DNA of 64,000 nt from an uncultured Actinomycetes bacterium (GCA_963767005.1 CAVYCN010000006.1:160001-224000), one strand, 5' to 3'. Numbered from the stretch's first letter, positions 51,288 to 62,564 are shown. Numbers and translations: made by a program. The notes: a model not told the origin generated them from the sequence alone.

Positions 51288-54200
51288 TTACGGCTGCACG
51301 ATCACGTTGACCGTGGCGGTCAACTGCGAGGGGTTGGTGGCGCCGCCGCTGAGGCCGCTCAGCGTGCCGGCGAAGACGTAGGTGCCGGCCGTGCTGGCGT
51401 CGTAGGTCGGCGTGCCGCCGTCCCAGCTGACCTGCGCGGTCGCCGAGTCGCCGTTGTTGAGGCTGACGCCCACGCTGGTCGGCAGGGAGACGCTGCTCAG
51501 CGGCGTGCCGTTGACCACGGAGATGTCGGCGATGGCGTCGACCGCGGTCACGGTCGGCGCACCGACGATCACCTTCACGGAGGCGCTCAGATGCGAGGGG
51601 TTGGTGGCGCCGCCGCTGAGGCCGCTCAGCGTGCCGGCGAAGACGTAGGTGCCGGCCGTGCTGGCGTCGTAGGTCGGCGTGCCGCCGTCCCAGCTGACCT
51701 GCGCGGTCGCCGAGTCGCCGTTGTTGAGGCTGACGCCCACGCTGGTCGGCAGGGAGACGCTGCTCAGCGGCGTGCCGTTGACCACGGAGATGTCGGCGAT
51801 GGCGTCGACCGCGGTCACGGTCGGCGCACCGACGATCACCTTCACGGAGGCGCTCAGATGCGAGGGGTTGGTGGCGCCGCCGCTGAGGCCGCTCAGCGTG
51901 CCGGCGAAGACGTAGGTGCCGGCCGTGCTGGCGTCGTAGGTCGGCGTGCCGCCGTCCCAGCTGACCTGCGCGGTCGCCGAGTCGCCGTTGTTGAGGCTGA
52001 CGCCCACGCTGGTCGGCAGGGAGACGCTGCTCAGCGGCGTGCCGTTGACCACGGAGATGTCGGCGATGGCGTCGACCGCGGTCACGGTCGGCGCACCGAC
52101 GATCACCTTCACGGAGGCGCTCAGATGCGAGGGGTTGGTGGCGCCGCCGCTGAGGCCGCTCAGCGTGCCGGCGAAGACGTAGGTGCCGGCCGTGCTGGCG
52201 TCGTAGGTCGGCGTGCCGCCGTCCCAGCTGACCTGCGCGGTCGCCGAGTCGCCGTTGTTGAGGCTGACGCCCACGCTGGTCGGCAGGGAGACGCTGCTCA
52301 GCGGCGTGCCGTTGACCACGGAGATGTCGGCGATGGCGTCGACCGCGGTCACGGTCGGCGCACCGACGATCACCTTCACGGAGGCGCTCAGATGCGAGGG
52401 GTTGGTGGCGCCGCCGCTGAGGCCGCTCAGCGTGCCGGCGAAGACGTAGGTGCCGGCCGTGCTGGCGTCGTAGGTCGGCGTGCCGCCGTCCCAGCTGACC
52501 TGCGCGGTCGCCGAGTCGCCGTTGTTGAGGCTGACGCCCACGCTGGTCGGCAGGGAGACGCTGCTCAGCGGCGTGCCGTTGACCACGGAGATGTCGGCGA
52601 TGGCGTCGACCGCGGTCACGGTGAGGGTGGCCGTCGCAGTGAAGGTCACGGAGGCGGAGACACCGTCGGCCACCGCCTCCAGCGTGTTGCTTCCGGCGGC
52701 CGGACCCAGCGTCCAGGTGCCGACAGTGGCGACGCCCGAGGAACTGGTCGGGACCGGTGTCCCGCCGACCGAGCCGCCCCCCGAGGTCACAGTGAAGGTG
52801 ACGCTCACGCCCGGCACCGGGTTGCCGTTCGCGTCCTCGACGACGACGCTCGGCGGTACGCCGACCGGAAGTCCCGCCGTACCGGACTGGTCGGTTGCGC
52901 TGTCGGCGGCGATCTGCGCCGCCGGCCCGACGGTGCCCTCGGCCGTGAACGTGACCGGCGAGCCGACGAGGCCTGTCGCCGTGGCCTTCAGGGTGTTGCT
53001 ACCGGGCGTCGTCGCCAGCGTCCAGGAGCCGACGCTCGCGACGCCCGCGGTGTCGGTCAGCGCCGTGTCGTTGCCGACGTCACCGTTGCCGGAGGCCGCG
53101 AAGCTCACGCTAACGCCGGCGACCGGGTTGCCGTCGGCGTCGGTCACGAGCACGCTCGGTGCCGTGTGCACGGCGGTCCCGGCGTTCGCGGTCTGGCCGT
53201 CGCCACCCGATACGCCCGCGATCTGATCGGCGTTGCCCGCCAACGCGCTGGCGGTGAACGTGACCGGCGAGCCACTCAGTCCGGCGACAGTCGCGGTAAC
53301 GGAGTCGTTGTCTATCCCGGCACTGGTACCCAGGGACCAGCTCGTCGCCGTCGCGATGCCGCTGACGTCGGTCGTGACCGTCGCCGGGCCCACGGTGCCG
53401 CCACCGGTCTGCACGGCGAAGGCGACGACGACGCCCGCCACGGGGTTGCCGAGGCCGTCGGTGACCTCCACGCTCGGCGGCGTGCCCACGGCGGCGCCCA
53501 CGACCTGCGACTGATCGAGCTCGCTGCCCGGGGCGGCCGCGACGGTCGCCGCGTACGAGAACCGATCGGCCGACACGGTGGCGCTCGTGCCGCCGTAGGT
53601 CGTCACGGTCACGTCGACCGTGCCTGTGCCGGCCGGCGCGGTCGCTTTGATCGTCGTGTTCGAAGACTTGCTCCAGTCGACGGTCGCCGCGACACCCCCG
53701 AAGCTGACCGAGCCGCTGATGCTCCTCGCCGTGTACAGGTTGTTGCCCTGGATCGTGACCGCGGTGCCGCCTTGCTGTGGCCCGTTCACCGGGCTCACAC
53801 TCGTGATGGTGGGTGCGGCGTAGTAGCTGAACCGGTCGGCCGTCAGCGCCGGGCTCGTGCCGAGCGGCGTCGTGACGGTCACGTCGTAAGGATCGAGAGC
53901 CGGGCTCTGGGCGGGCGCCGTCGCGGTGATGCTGTTATCGCTCACCACCGTGAAGGTCGTCGCCGCCTTGCCGCCGAGACCAAAGGTGACGGCCGTGGCG
54001 CCGGTGAAGCCGCTGCCGCTGATCGTCACCGCCGTGCCGCCGGACGCGGGGCCATAGGCCGGGCTCACGCCGGTGACCGCCGGCGGGCCGCCCTGGTAGG
54101 CGAAGTGGTCGGCCTTGCGGGCGGCGCTCTTGCCGGCCTTCGTCACGACCCGCACGTTGACCACCCCGACGCCGCGCGGCGCCCGGCAGGTGAGCTTGGT

Positions 54201-54461
54201 GGCCGACACGACGTGGACCTTCGTCGCCGCCCGCGCGCCGAACCGCACGGACTTGACCTGGTTCCTGCCGCCCGCCTTGAAGTTGCGGCCCCGTACGGTG
54301 ACGACCGTGCCGCCGAGAGCGGCACCCTTGGCCGGGCTCACCGAGGTGACGACCGGACGCGCCGCGGCCGAGGCCGCGGCCGGCAGGGCCAGCAGGAGCG
54401 CCACGGCCAGCGCCAAGCCGCTCAAGGCGACGACGAGCCTACGAGATGCGCCTGCTGTCAT
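51288..54461 (-). CDS. Large secreted IPT/TIG plus bacterial Ig-like repeat protein
   Basis: Signal peptide; three IPT-like units (VTSVSP..G...GGT.VT), invasin-like Ig units (DADGNPVAGVSVSF), five 89-aa C-terminal repeats. Confidence 0.85.
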   Translation of the reverse strand: MTAGASRRLVVALSGLALAVALLLALPAAASAAARPVVTSVSPAKGAALGGTVVTVRGRNFKAGGRNQVKSVRFGARAATKVHVVSATKLTCRAPRGVGVVNVRVVTKAGKSAARKADHFAYQGGPPAVTGVSPAYGPASGGTAVTISGSGFTGATAVTFGLGGKAATTFTVVSDNSITATAPAQSPALDPYDVTVTTPLGTSPALTADRFSYYAAPTITSVSPVNGPQQGGTAVTIQGNNLYTARSISGSVSFGGVAATVDWSKSSNTTIKATAPAGTGTVDVTVTTYGGTSATVSADRFSYAATVAAAPGSELDQSQVVGAAVGTPPSVEVTDGLGNPVAGVVVAFAVQTGGGTVGPATVTTDVSGIATATSWSLGTSAGIDNDSVTATVAGLSGSPVTFTASALAGNADQIAGVSGGDGQTANAGTAVHTAPSVLVTDADGNPVAGVSVSFAASGNGDVGNDTALTDTAGVASVGSWTLATTPGSNTLKATATGLVGSPVTFTAEGTVGPAAQIAADSATDQSGTAGLPVGVPPSVVVEDANGNPVPGVSVTFTVTSGGGSVGGTPVPTSSSGVATVGTWTLGPAAGSNTLEAVADGVSASVTFTATATLTVTAVDAIADISVVNGTPLSSVSLPTSVGVSLNNGDSATAQVSWDGGTPTYDASTAGTYVFAGTLSGLSGGATNPSHLSASVKVIVGAPTVTAVDAIADISVVNGTPLSSVSLPTSVGVSLNNGDSATAQVSWDGGTPTYDASTAGTYVFAGTLSGLSGGATNPSHLSASVKVIVGAPTVTAVDAIADISVVNGTPLSSVSLPTSVGVSLNNGDSATAQVSWDGGTPTYDASTAGTYVFAGTLSGLSGGATNPSHLSASVKVIVGAPTVTAVDAIADISVVNGTPLSSVSLPTSVGVSLNNGDSATAQVSWDGGTPTYDASTAGTYVFAGTLSGLSGGATNPSHLSASVKVIVGAPTVTAVDAIADISVVNGTPLSSVSLPTSVGVSLNNGDSATAQVSWDGGTPTYDASTAGTYVFAGTLSGLSGGATNPSQLTATVNVIVQP
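51325..52622. repeat. Tandem 267-bp coding repeat, about 4.9 copies
   Basis: Identical shadow ORFs at 51412, 51679, 51946, 52213, 52480 (period 267). Confidence 0.95.
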
Positions 54462-54615
54462 GACCCCCCACCACGGTCGGTCGCGCACGCGGCGACCGGG
54501 CCATCATACTACGGCAGGCACAGAGCGGGGGCCGTCGGGCGTAGTCAGATCAGACAGCGCCGGACCGGCGCCGCGGGCGGCAGCGCCGCGGGCGGCGGCG
54601 CGGCGCCGCGACCGC

Positions 54616-56214
<1,599 letters not shown>

Positions 56215-56286
56215 GCCTTCATCCTTCCGTCGCCTGGTCTTGCCTGTGCGGCCGTGCTGTCGTCGTGGTCACCCCGGCGCGGGGGC

Positions 56287-57444
56287 TCACCCCATGCCCA
56301 CGTCCTGTTCCTTCTGCAGCTTCTTGCCCTCGGTCATGAGCGCCGGTGCGACCATGACCTCGGCCTTCTGGAACGACTGGATCGTGTCGTACCCGCAGGT
56401 GGCCATGCTGGTGCGCAGGGCGCCGAAGAGGTTGAGCGTGCCGTCGTTCTCGTGTGCGGGACCGGCGAGGATCTCCTCGAGTGTGCCCCTGACGCCCGCC
56501 TTGACGCGCGTGCCGCGCGGCAGCTCGGGATGGAAGGTCGCCATGCCCCAGTGAAAGCCGCGGCCCGGGGCCTCGGCGGCCGCGGCGAGCGGCGAGCCGA
56601 TCATGACGGCGTCGGCGCCGAGGGCGATCGCCTTGGAGACGTCGCCGCCGGTGCGCATGCCGCCGTCGGCGATGACGTTGCAGTAGGTGCCGGTCTCGAG
56701 CAGGTGCTGCACGCGGGCGGCGGCGGCGTCGGCGATGGCCGTCGCCTGCGGCACCCCGATGCCGAGCACGCCGCGGGTGGTGCAGGCGTGACCCGGACCC
56801 ACGCCGACGAGCACGCCCACGGCCCCGGTGCGCATGAGGTGCAGGGTCGTGGCATACGAGGCGACCCCGCCGACGATCACCGGCACGGGGCACTCGGCGA
56901 TGAACTCCTTGAGGTTTAGCGGCGTGACCCTGGTCGACACGTGCTCGGCCGAGATGACGGTGCCCTGGATGACGAGCACGTCGAGCCCGGCCTCGAGGGC
57001 GATCTTGTAGTACTGCTCGACGCGCTGCGGCGTGAGCGACGCGGCGACGATCACGCCGCCGTCCTTGATCTCCTTGATGCGCCGGCCGACGAGCTCCTCT
57101 TTGATGGGCTCGCGGTAGATGTCCTGCATGGTGCGGGTCGCCGTGTCCTTGGGCAGCGCGGCGATGCGGTCGAGCTGCTCGGCGGCGTTCTCGTAACGCG
57201 TCTGTACGCCCTCGAGGTTGAGCACGGCGAGGCCGCCGAGCTTACCCATGGTCACCGCGAAGCCCGGGTCGACCACGCCGTCCATGGCCGAGGCTAGACA
57301 GGGGAGCGACAGCGTGAACGGGCCGAGCTTCCAGGTGATGTCGACGTCTTCGGCGTCGCGCGTCCGCCGGCTCGGGACGATCGCGATGTCGTCGAAGCCG
57401 TATGCGCGGCGGCCCTTCTTCCCCCGCCCGATCTCTACTTCCAT
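56287..57444 (-). CDS. GuaB3-family IMP dehydrogenase-related protein (no CBS domains)
   Basis: MEVEIGRGKKGRRAYGFDDIAIVPSRRT, GPGHACTTRGVLGIG, IADGG. Confidence 0.9.
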   Translation of the reverse strand: MEVEIGRGKKGRRAYGFDDIAIVPSRRTRDAEDVDITWKLGPFTLSLPCLASAMDGVVDPGFAVTMGKLGGLAVLNLEGVQTRYENAAEQLDRIAALPKDTATRTMQDIYREPIKEELVGRRIKEIKDGGVIVAASLTPQRVEQYYKIALEAGLDVLVIQGTVISAEHVSTRVTPLNLKEFIAECPVPVIVGGVASYATTLHLMRTGAVGVLVGVGPGHACTTRGVLGIGVPQATAIADAAAARVQHLLETGTYCNVIADGGMRTGGDVSKAIALGADAVMIGSPLAAAAEAPGRGFHWGMATFHPELPRGTRVKAGVRGTLEEILAGPAHENDGTLNLFGALRTSMATCGYDTIQSFQKAEVMVAPALMTEGKKLQKEQDVGMG

Positions 57445-57480
57445 GCCCGCCTCCTACCGAGGGTCGAGTCCGCCCGCAGT

Positions 57481-57597
57481 AAACGAAAGGCCCGCGCGCC
57501 TTGGGGCGGCGAGGCCTTGGTGGTTCGATGTACGTACGTGGCGTCCGGGTGTCTGCACCTTGTCCGGATGCTACCACCCTCGCGCGCGGCGGTTCAA
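57481..57597 (-). promoter_or_regulatory. guaB3-guaA promoter with terminator-like hairpin in the leader
   Basis: TTGAAC-N18-TAGCAT with TG extension; hairpin 57487-57518 followed by TCGTTT upstream of the SD. Confidence 0.55.
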
Positions 57598-57612
57598 GGC
57601 GGCGGGGCGCCG

Positions 57613-58572
57613 CTAGGGCGCCGGCACGATGCGGATCTCGTCGACCTTTGTGGTGGCGAGCAGGGCCTCGACGTCGTCGGGGTCGAGCACGCCGGCGCCG
57701 TACTGCTGCGTGTTGGCGGCGCCGCAGGCGAGGCCGTAGCGCAGGCAGTCGCCGGGGTCGGAGTTCGAGAAGTGGCCAGCGACGAAGCCGGCCAGAAACG
57801 CGTCGCCCGAACCGACCGTGCTGACCACGTTCTCGACCAGCGGGATGGTGGCGTGGTAGACGCGCTGACGCCGCCCGTGGCGGATGCGCGCGTAGCAGCC
57901 GTCGGGCGTCTTTATGATCACGTTGTGGGCGCCGAGCCGGTGGATGAGGTCGGTCGCGTCGATGACGTCCTGCTCGTCGTGGAACTCGTGGCCGACCAAG
58001 TCTTCGGCCTCGCGCAGGTTCGGCGTGACGAAATCGGGGTGGGCGCGCACGCCGTGGCGCAGGGGGTCGCCGGAGCCGTCGAGGATCGTGTGGCAGCGGG
58101 CGTCGGTGACGCGGTGCAGGATCTCGGCATAGAAGTCGTCGGGCACCTTGCGCGGCAGCGATCCGCAGATGATCACGTAGTGCGCGCCCTTGGCCAGGTA
58201 CTCGATCTTGTCGAGAAAGGCGGCGCGCTCCTGTTCGGTGACGACCGGGCCCCACTCGTTGATCTCGGTCTGGCTCACGCTCGTCGGGTCGATCACCGCC
58301 GTCGAGGTGCGCGACTCGCCGGCGATGCGCACGAAGTCGTTGAGGATGCCCTCGCGCGACAGGCCCTCGACGATCTGCTGGCCCGTGCGCCCGCCGACCA
58401 GGCCGCTCGCCACGACCGGCTGACCGATCGTGCGCAGCGCCCGCGCGACGTTGACGCCCTTGCCGCCCGGCAGCGTGAGGCTCTGGCTCGCCCGGTGGCG
58501 GAAACCGGTCACGAAGTTGGGCACGGTGAGAGTCTTGTCGATGGCGGCGTTCGCCGTGAGGGTGATGATCAT
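57613..58572 (-). CDS. 1-phosphofructokinase family (PfkB) hexose kinase
   Basis: MIITLTANAAIDK, GGKGVNVA, GSLP, PNLRE, VGSGDAFLAG. Confidence 0.92.
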   Translation of the reverse strand: MIITLTANAAIDKTLTVPNFVTGFRHRASQSLTLPGGKGVNVARALRTIGQPVVASGLVGGRTGQQIVEGLSREGILNDFVRIAGESRTSTAVIDPTSVSQTEINEWGPVVTEQERAAFLDKIEYLAKGAHYVIICGSLPRKVPDDFYAEILHRVTDARCHTILDGSGDPLRHGVRAHPDFVTPNLREAEDLVGHEFHDEQDVIDATDLIHRLGAHNVIIKTPDGCYARIRHGRRQRVYHATIPLVENVVSTVGSGDAFLAGFVAGHFSNSDPGDCLRYGLACGAANTQQYGAGVLDPDDVEALLATTKVDEIRIVPAP

Positions 58573-58744
58573 GTCGTTGGCCGGTCCTTGCGACGAGGTC
58601 GTTGCCCGGAACTGCCAGCCGCTGCGACCGCCCGCGGTCGCGGCCCTTACATGGACAATGCCCGGCCGGCGGGCCGAGCGCGCCTCAGTATACACCTCTC
58701 TGGCAGCCCGGTTTTCGCCTTCCTCGGCAAGGGCGCCCACTTCC

Positions 58745-58774
58745 TTGACACCCCAAGCACGGCGGGCGTACGTT
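58745..58774 (+). promoter_or_regulatory. Promoter upstream of the M-box
   Basis: TTGACA-N18-TACGTT. Confidence 0.6.
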
Positions 58775-58798
58775 TCGGGGCGCATCACCACGGCAGAT

Positions 58799-58962
58799 TC
58801 CTCGTTAGGTGAGGCTCCAGCACGCATAGAGGCCGTTGCCCGGAAACGTCCAGAGACGCCAACGGGTAGAACAGGTATCACCGGACCCAAGGTCCTACCC
58901 GAAACGGCTGAGACATCACGTCTCTACGGTGTGCTGTGCCAAAGCTCTCGGACGAGTGAGGA
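58799..58962 (+). ncRNA. M-box (ykoK) Mg2+ riboswitch
   Basis: Conserved segments CGTTAGGTGAGGCTCC, GCCC.GAAACGTC.AGAGACGCCAACGGG, AACAGG, GTGCCAAAGCTC...ACGA; hairpin 58972-58997 follows; upstream of Mg-transport genes. Confidence 0.9.
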
Positions 58963-59077
58963 GCATCCTTCGCCGTGGCTCGCCCGCGAGCCACGGCCCT
59001 CTTCCTTGCAGTCGGGAGCGGTCCCGGCACAGCCGACGACGGGCCGCCCGCGCGGACGGCAGCGAAGGAGGTGAGCG

Positions 59078-60319
59078 ATGTTCTACCTGAGCAAGGTGCT
59101 CGGCCACACCGTGCGCGACGCCGAAGGCAAGCCCGCCGGCACGCTGCAGGACGTGGCCGTGAGCACACGCCAGAAGTACCCTCGCGTTGTCGGCCTCGTG
59201 CTCAAGCGCGGCAACCGCCGCCTCGCCGCCGTCTGGGACGACGTCGCCAGCCTCGAAGAATCGGGTGTGATGCTGCGCGTCACGGCGTCGAGCCTGCCCG
59301 AGTACGCCGCCCAGCCGGGCGAGCTCCTCCTGTCCGGTCAGGTCCTCGATCGCCAGATCATCGACACCGACGGCCGCAAGATGATCCGCGTGAACGACAT
59401 CCAGCTCGCGCGCTCGGGCGACGCGGTGCGGGTGGTCGCGGTCGACGTGTCGAGTGGCGCCATCCTGCGCCGCATCGGCCTCGCCCGCGTGACCACGCGC
59501 CTGTCCAAGAACCCCAAGCCGCGCCTGATCGACTGGAGCGCCGTCGACCTGCAGGCGAGCGACTCCGAAGCGGTGCGCCTGTCGGTGCCGCGCCGCGACT
59601 TGTCGCTGCTGCACCCGGCCGACATCGCCGAGATCGCCCACGAGCTCAGCCCCGAGGAGCGCGCCGCGGTCTTCGAGGCCCTGGACGACGAGGTCGCCGC
59701 CGACACCCTCGAGGAGATGCACCCCACCTCGCAGGCATCGCTGCTGCGCGCGCTGCCCGACGAGAAGGCGGCCGACCTGCTCGAAGACGTCTCGCCCGAC
59801 GACGCCGCCGACCTGCTCGCCGACCTGCCCAAGCGGCGCGTGTCGCGACTGCTCGCGCTCATGGATCACGAGCGCGCGACCGAGATCCGCGAGCTGCTCA
59901 CCTACCCCGAGAACTCGGCCGGCGGCATCATGACGACCGAGTACGCGGTCGTGCCGCCCGAGGTCACGGCGGCCGAGGCGATCGAGCTGCTGCGCGACCA
60001 GGAGCCCGAGGTCGAGACGGTCTACTACATCTACGTCACCGACAGGCGCGAGCGCCTGCTCGGCACGATCTCGCTGCGCGACCTGCTCACGGTGCCCGGC
60101 GGCCGCCGGGTGCGCGACTTCATGACGGCGGAGCCGATCTCGGTGACGCTCGACGCCGGCGAGGCCGAGGTCACCCAGACGATCGCCAAGTACAACCTGC
60201 TGGCCCTGCCCGTCGTCGACGCCGACGGCGTGCTGCACGGGATCGTGACGATCGACGACGCCATCGACCTCGTGCTGCCCCTGGCCTGGAAGAAACGATT
60301 GCCGCGCATCTTCCGGTGA
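59078..60319 (+). CDS. MgtE-like soluble protein (PRC-barrel-like plus MgtE N domain plus CBS pair, no TM domain)
   Basis: LHPADIAEI, DDAADLL, YPENSAGGIMTTEY, KYNLLALPVVD, GIVTIDDAID then stop. Confidence 0.88.
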   Translation: MFYLSKVLGHTVRDAEGKPAGTLQDVAVSTRQKYPRVVGLVLKRGNRRLAAVWDDVASLEESGVMLRVTASSLPEYAAQPGELLLSGQVLDRQIIDTDGRKMIRVNDIQLARSGDAVRVVAVDVSSGAILRRIGLARVTTRLSKNPKPRLIDWSAVDLQASDSEAVRLSVPRRDLSLLHPADIAEIAHELSPEERAAVFEALDDEVAADTLEEMHPTSQASLLRALPDEKAADLLEDVSPDDAADLLADLPKRRVSRLLALMDHERATEIRELLTYPENSAGGIMTTEYAVVPPEVTAAEAIELLRDQEPEVETVYYIYVTDRRERLLGTISLRDLLTVPGGRRVRDFMTAEPISVTLDAGEAEVTQTIAKYNLLALPVVDADGVLHGIVTIDDAIDLVLPLAWKKRLPRIFR

Positions 60320-60325
60320 TGAGCA

Positions 60326-61642
60326 GTGGCTCCCTCGCCGGACACCCGCAAGCGGGCGCGCACGCCCGCGCCCACTGACGCACGTCGCCGGCCGCGTTTC
60401 GGCCGGATCGGCCGTACCCGCCTGCTGATCTTTCTGGCGGTGATGGGGCCCGGCCTGATCACCGCCAACTCCGACAACGACGCCGGCGGCATCACGACCT
60501 GGTCGGTGGTCGGCGCCCACTACGGCTACCAGCTCCTCTGGGTGCTGCTGCTGATCACGCCCATCCTCGCCGTCACCCAGGAGATGGGCGCCCGCATGGG
60601 CGTGGTCACCGGCAAGGGCCTGGCCGCGCTCATCCGCGAGCGCTTCAGCCTGAAGATCACGGCCCTGGCCATGCTCGCCATGCTGATCGCCAACCTCGGC
60701 ACGACGATCGCCGAGTTCTCGGGTGTGGGCGCCGCCTTCAGCCTCGCCCACGTGCCGCCGTGGGTCTGCGTGCCGCCGATCGCGCTCGGCGTCTGGCTGC
60801 TCATCACGCGCGGCTCGTACAAGCGCGTGGAGCGCGTCTTTCTGTTCCTGTCGGCGCTCTACGTCACCTACATCGTCGCCGGCTTTCTGGCCCACCCCGA
60901 CTGGCACGCCGCCGCCCACAACACGGTGGTGCCGAGCGTCACGACGACGAGCGTCTGGGTGCTCACCGTGATCGCCGCGATCGGTACGACGATCACGCCC
61001 TGGGGCCAGTTCTTCATTCAGGCGACGATCGTCGACAAGAAGATCTCGATCAAGGACTACCTCTACACCAAGACCGAGGTGTTCCTGGGCGCGGTGGTGA
61101 CCGACGGCGTCGACTTCTTCATCGTGATCGCCTGCGCCGCCACGCTCTACAAGCACGGCATCATGGTCAACACCGCCCAGGACGCGGCCCGCGCGCTCGA
61201 GCCGCTGGCCGGCCGCGCGGCCGCGCTGCTCTTCGGCTTCGGGCTGCTCAACGTCTCGGTCCTGGCGGCCGGCATCCTGCCGCTCGCCACGGCGTACGCG
61301 ATCTGCGAGGCGTTCGGCTTCGAGTCGGGGCTCGACCAGAAGTTCTCGGAGGCGCCGATCTTCAACGGCCTGCTCACGTTCTTCGTGTTCGTGCCGGCCG
61401 CCGTGGCGATCATCCCCCACCTGCCGCTCGTCAAGGTCATGCTTCTGAGCCAGGACGTGAACGGCATCCTGCTGCCCATCATCCTCGTCTACGTGCTCAA
61501 GATCGTGAACGACCGCTCGGTCATGGGCGAGCACGTCAACGGCCCGGTCTACAACACGGTGGCCTGGGCCTTCTCGGCGACGCTGATCGCGCTCACCGTC
61601 GTGCTGGTCGCCGCGTCGCTGCCGCTCGGCCTGCGGCTGTAG
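60326..61642 (+). CDS. NRAMP-related divalent metal (probably Mg2+) transporter
   Basis: GPGLITANSDNDAGGITTWS, QEMGARMGVVTGKG, GTTITPW; about 11 TM helices. Confidence 0.9.
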   Translation: MAPSPDTRKRARTPAPTDARRRPRFGRIGRTRLLIFLAVMGPGLITANSDNDAGGITTWSVVGAHYGYQLLWVLLLITPILAVTQEMGARMGVVTGKGLAALIRERFSLKITALAMLAMLIANLGTTIAEFSGVGAAFSLAHVPPWVCVPPIALGVWLLITRGSYKRVERVFLFLSALYVTYIVAGFLAHPDWHAAAHNTVVPSVTTTSVWVLTVIAAIGTTITPWGQFFIQATIVDKKISIKDYLYTKTEVFLGAVVTDGVDFFIVIACAATLYKHGIMVNTAQDAARALEPLAGRAAALLFGFGLLNVSVLAAGILPLATAYAICEAFGFESGLDQKFSEAPIFNGLLTFFVFVPAAVAIIPHLPLVKVMLLSQDVNGILLPIILVYVLKIVNDRSVMGEHVNGPVYNTVAWAFSATLIALTVVLVAASLPLGLRL

Positions 61643-61649
61643 GTCGCCT

Positions 61650-62564
61650 CTAGAACTCGTCCTCGCGCTCGTGCGAGCCCGGCTCGATGTGCACGAGCAC
61701 CTCGGTGTTGGGCAGCCGCTCGGCGATGTCGTCCTCGATGTGCTCGGCGATCTCGTGGGCGCGCGCCACGGTCATGTTGCCCGGTACGGTGATATGCAGG
61801 TCGATGTGGTGCTTGGCGCCGGCGTGGCGCGCGCGCAGCTTGTGATAGCCGATGATGAGCTCACCGCGGTGCTCGGCGACGGTGCTGCGCACGACGTCGA
61901 GCTCGCGGTCGGGCAGGGCCTCGTCGAGCAGCACCCGCGTCGACTCGCTCACGATGCCCCAGGCCGTCCAGGCGATGATGGCCGCGACGGCGAGGCCGAT
62001 CAAGGGATCGAAGAACGTGCGCCCGGTCAGCTCGATGAGGGCGAGGCCGCCGGCCACGCCGAGCGACGTGTAGATGTCGGTCAGGTGGTTGGCGGCGTCG
62101 GCCTGCAGGGCCGGCGACTCGGTGCGGCGCGCCGCTCGCCTGAGGTAGGCGGTGAGGCCCACGTTGACCGCCGCCGAGACGAGCATGACGGCGATCGCCA
62201 GCGGGATGTGGTCGAGTCGCTCGCCGGAGACCAGATGGCTCACCGACTCGACGACGATGACGACGGCCGCCGCGAAGATGATGGCGCCCTCGATCATGCC
62301 CGAGAAGTTCTCGACCTTCTCGTGGCCGTAGCGATGGTCGCGGTCGGCCGGGCGGGCGGCGCGGCGCACCGAGACGAGAGCGATCACCGCGCCCATGAGG
62401 TCGGTCGTGGAGTGGGCCGCCTCGGAGATCATGCCGATCGACCCCGACAGCAGACCGGCGGCCAGCTTGAAGACGATGAGGGCGGCGTTGGCGGCGATCG
62501 ACAGCCAGGCGGCGCGCTCCTTGCGCGCGGCACCGTCAAGCCCGCTCACCGCCGTCCCGTTCAC
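61650..62564 (-). CDS. Cation diffusion facilitator transporter
   Basis: SEAAHSTTD, H.YGHEK.E, NHLTD, C-terminal IDLHI...VHIEP. Confidence 0.92.
   Translation of the reverse strand: MNGTAVSGLDGAARKERAAWLSIAANAALIVFKLAAGLLSGSIGMISEAAHSTTDLMGAVIALVSVRRAARPADRDHRYGHEKVENFSGMIEGAIIFAAAVVIVVESVSHLVSGERLDHIPLAIAVMLVSAAVNVGLTAYLRRAARRTESPALQADAANHLTDIYTSLGVAGGLALIELTGRTFFDPLIGLAVAAIIAWTAWGIVSESTRVLLDEALPDRELDVVRSTVAEHRGELIIGYHKLRARHAGAKHHIDLHITVPGNMTVARAHEIAEHIEDDIAERLPNTEVLVHIEPGSHEREDEF

Noticed and set aside
51325-52622. Regular repeats as a possible CRISPR array
   Set aside because: 267-bp in-frame units with no unique spacers and no cas genes; coding domain repeats
57445-57612. Canonical purine riboswitch before guaB3
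   Set aside because: Consensus segments (ATATGG, TTTCTACC, CCGTAAA) not present
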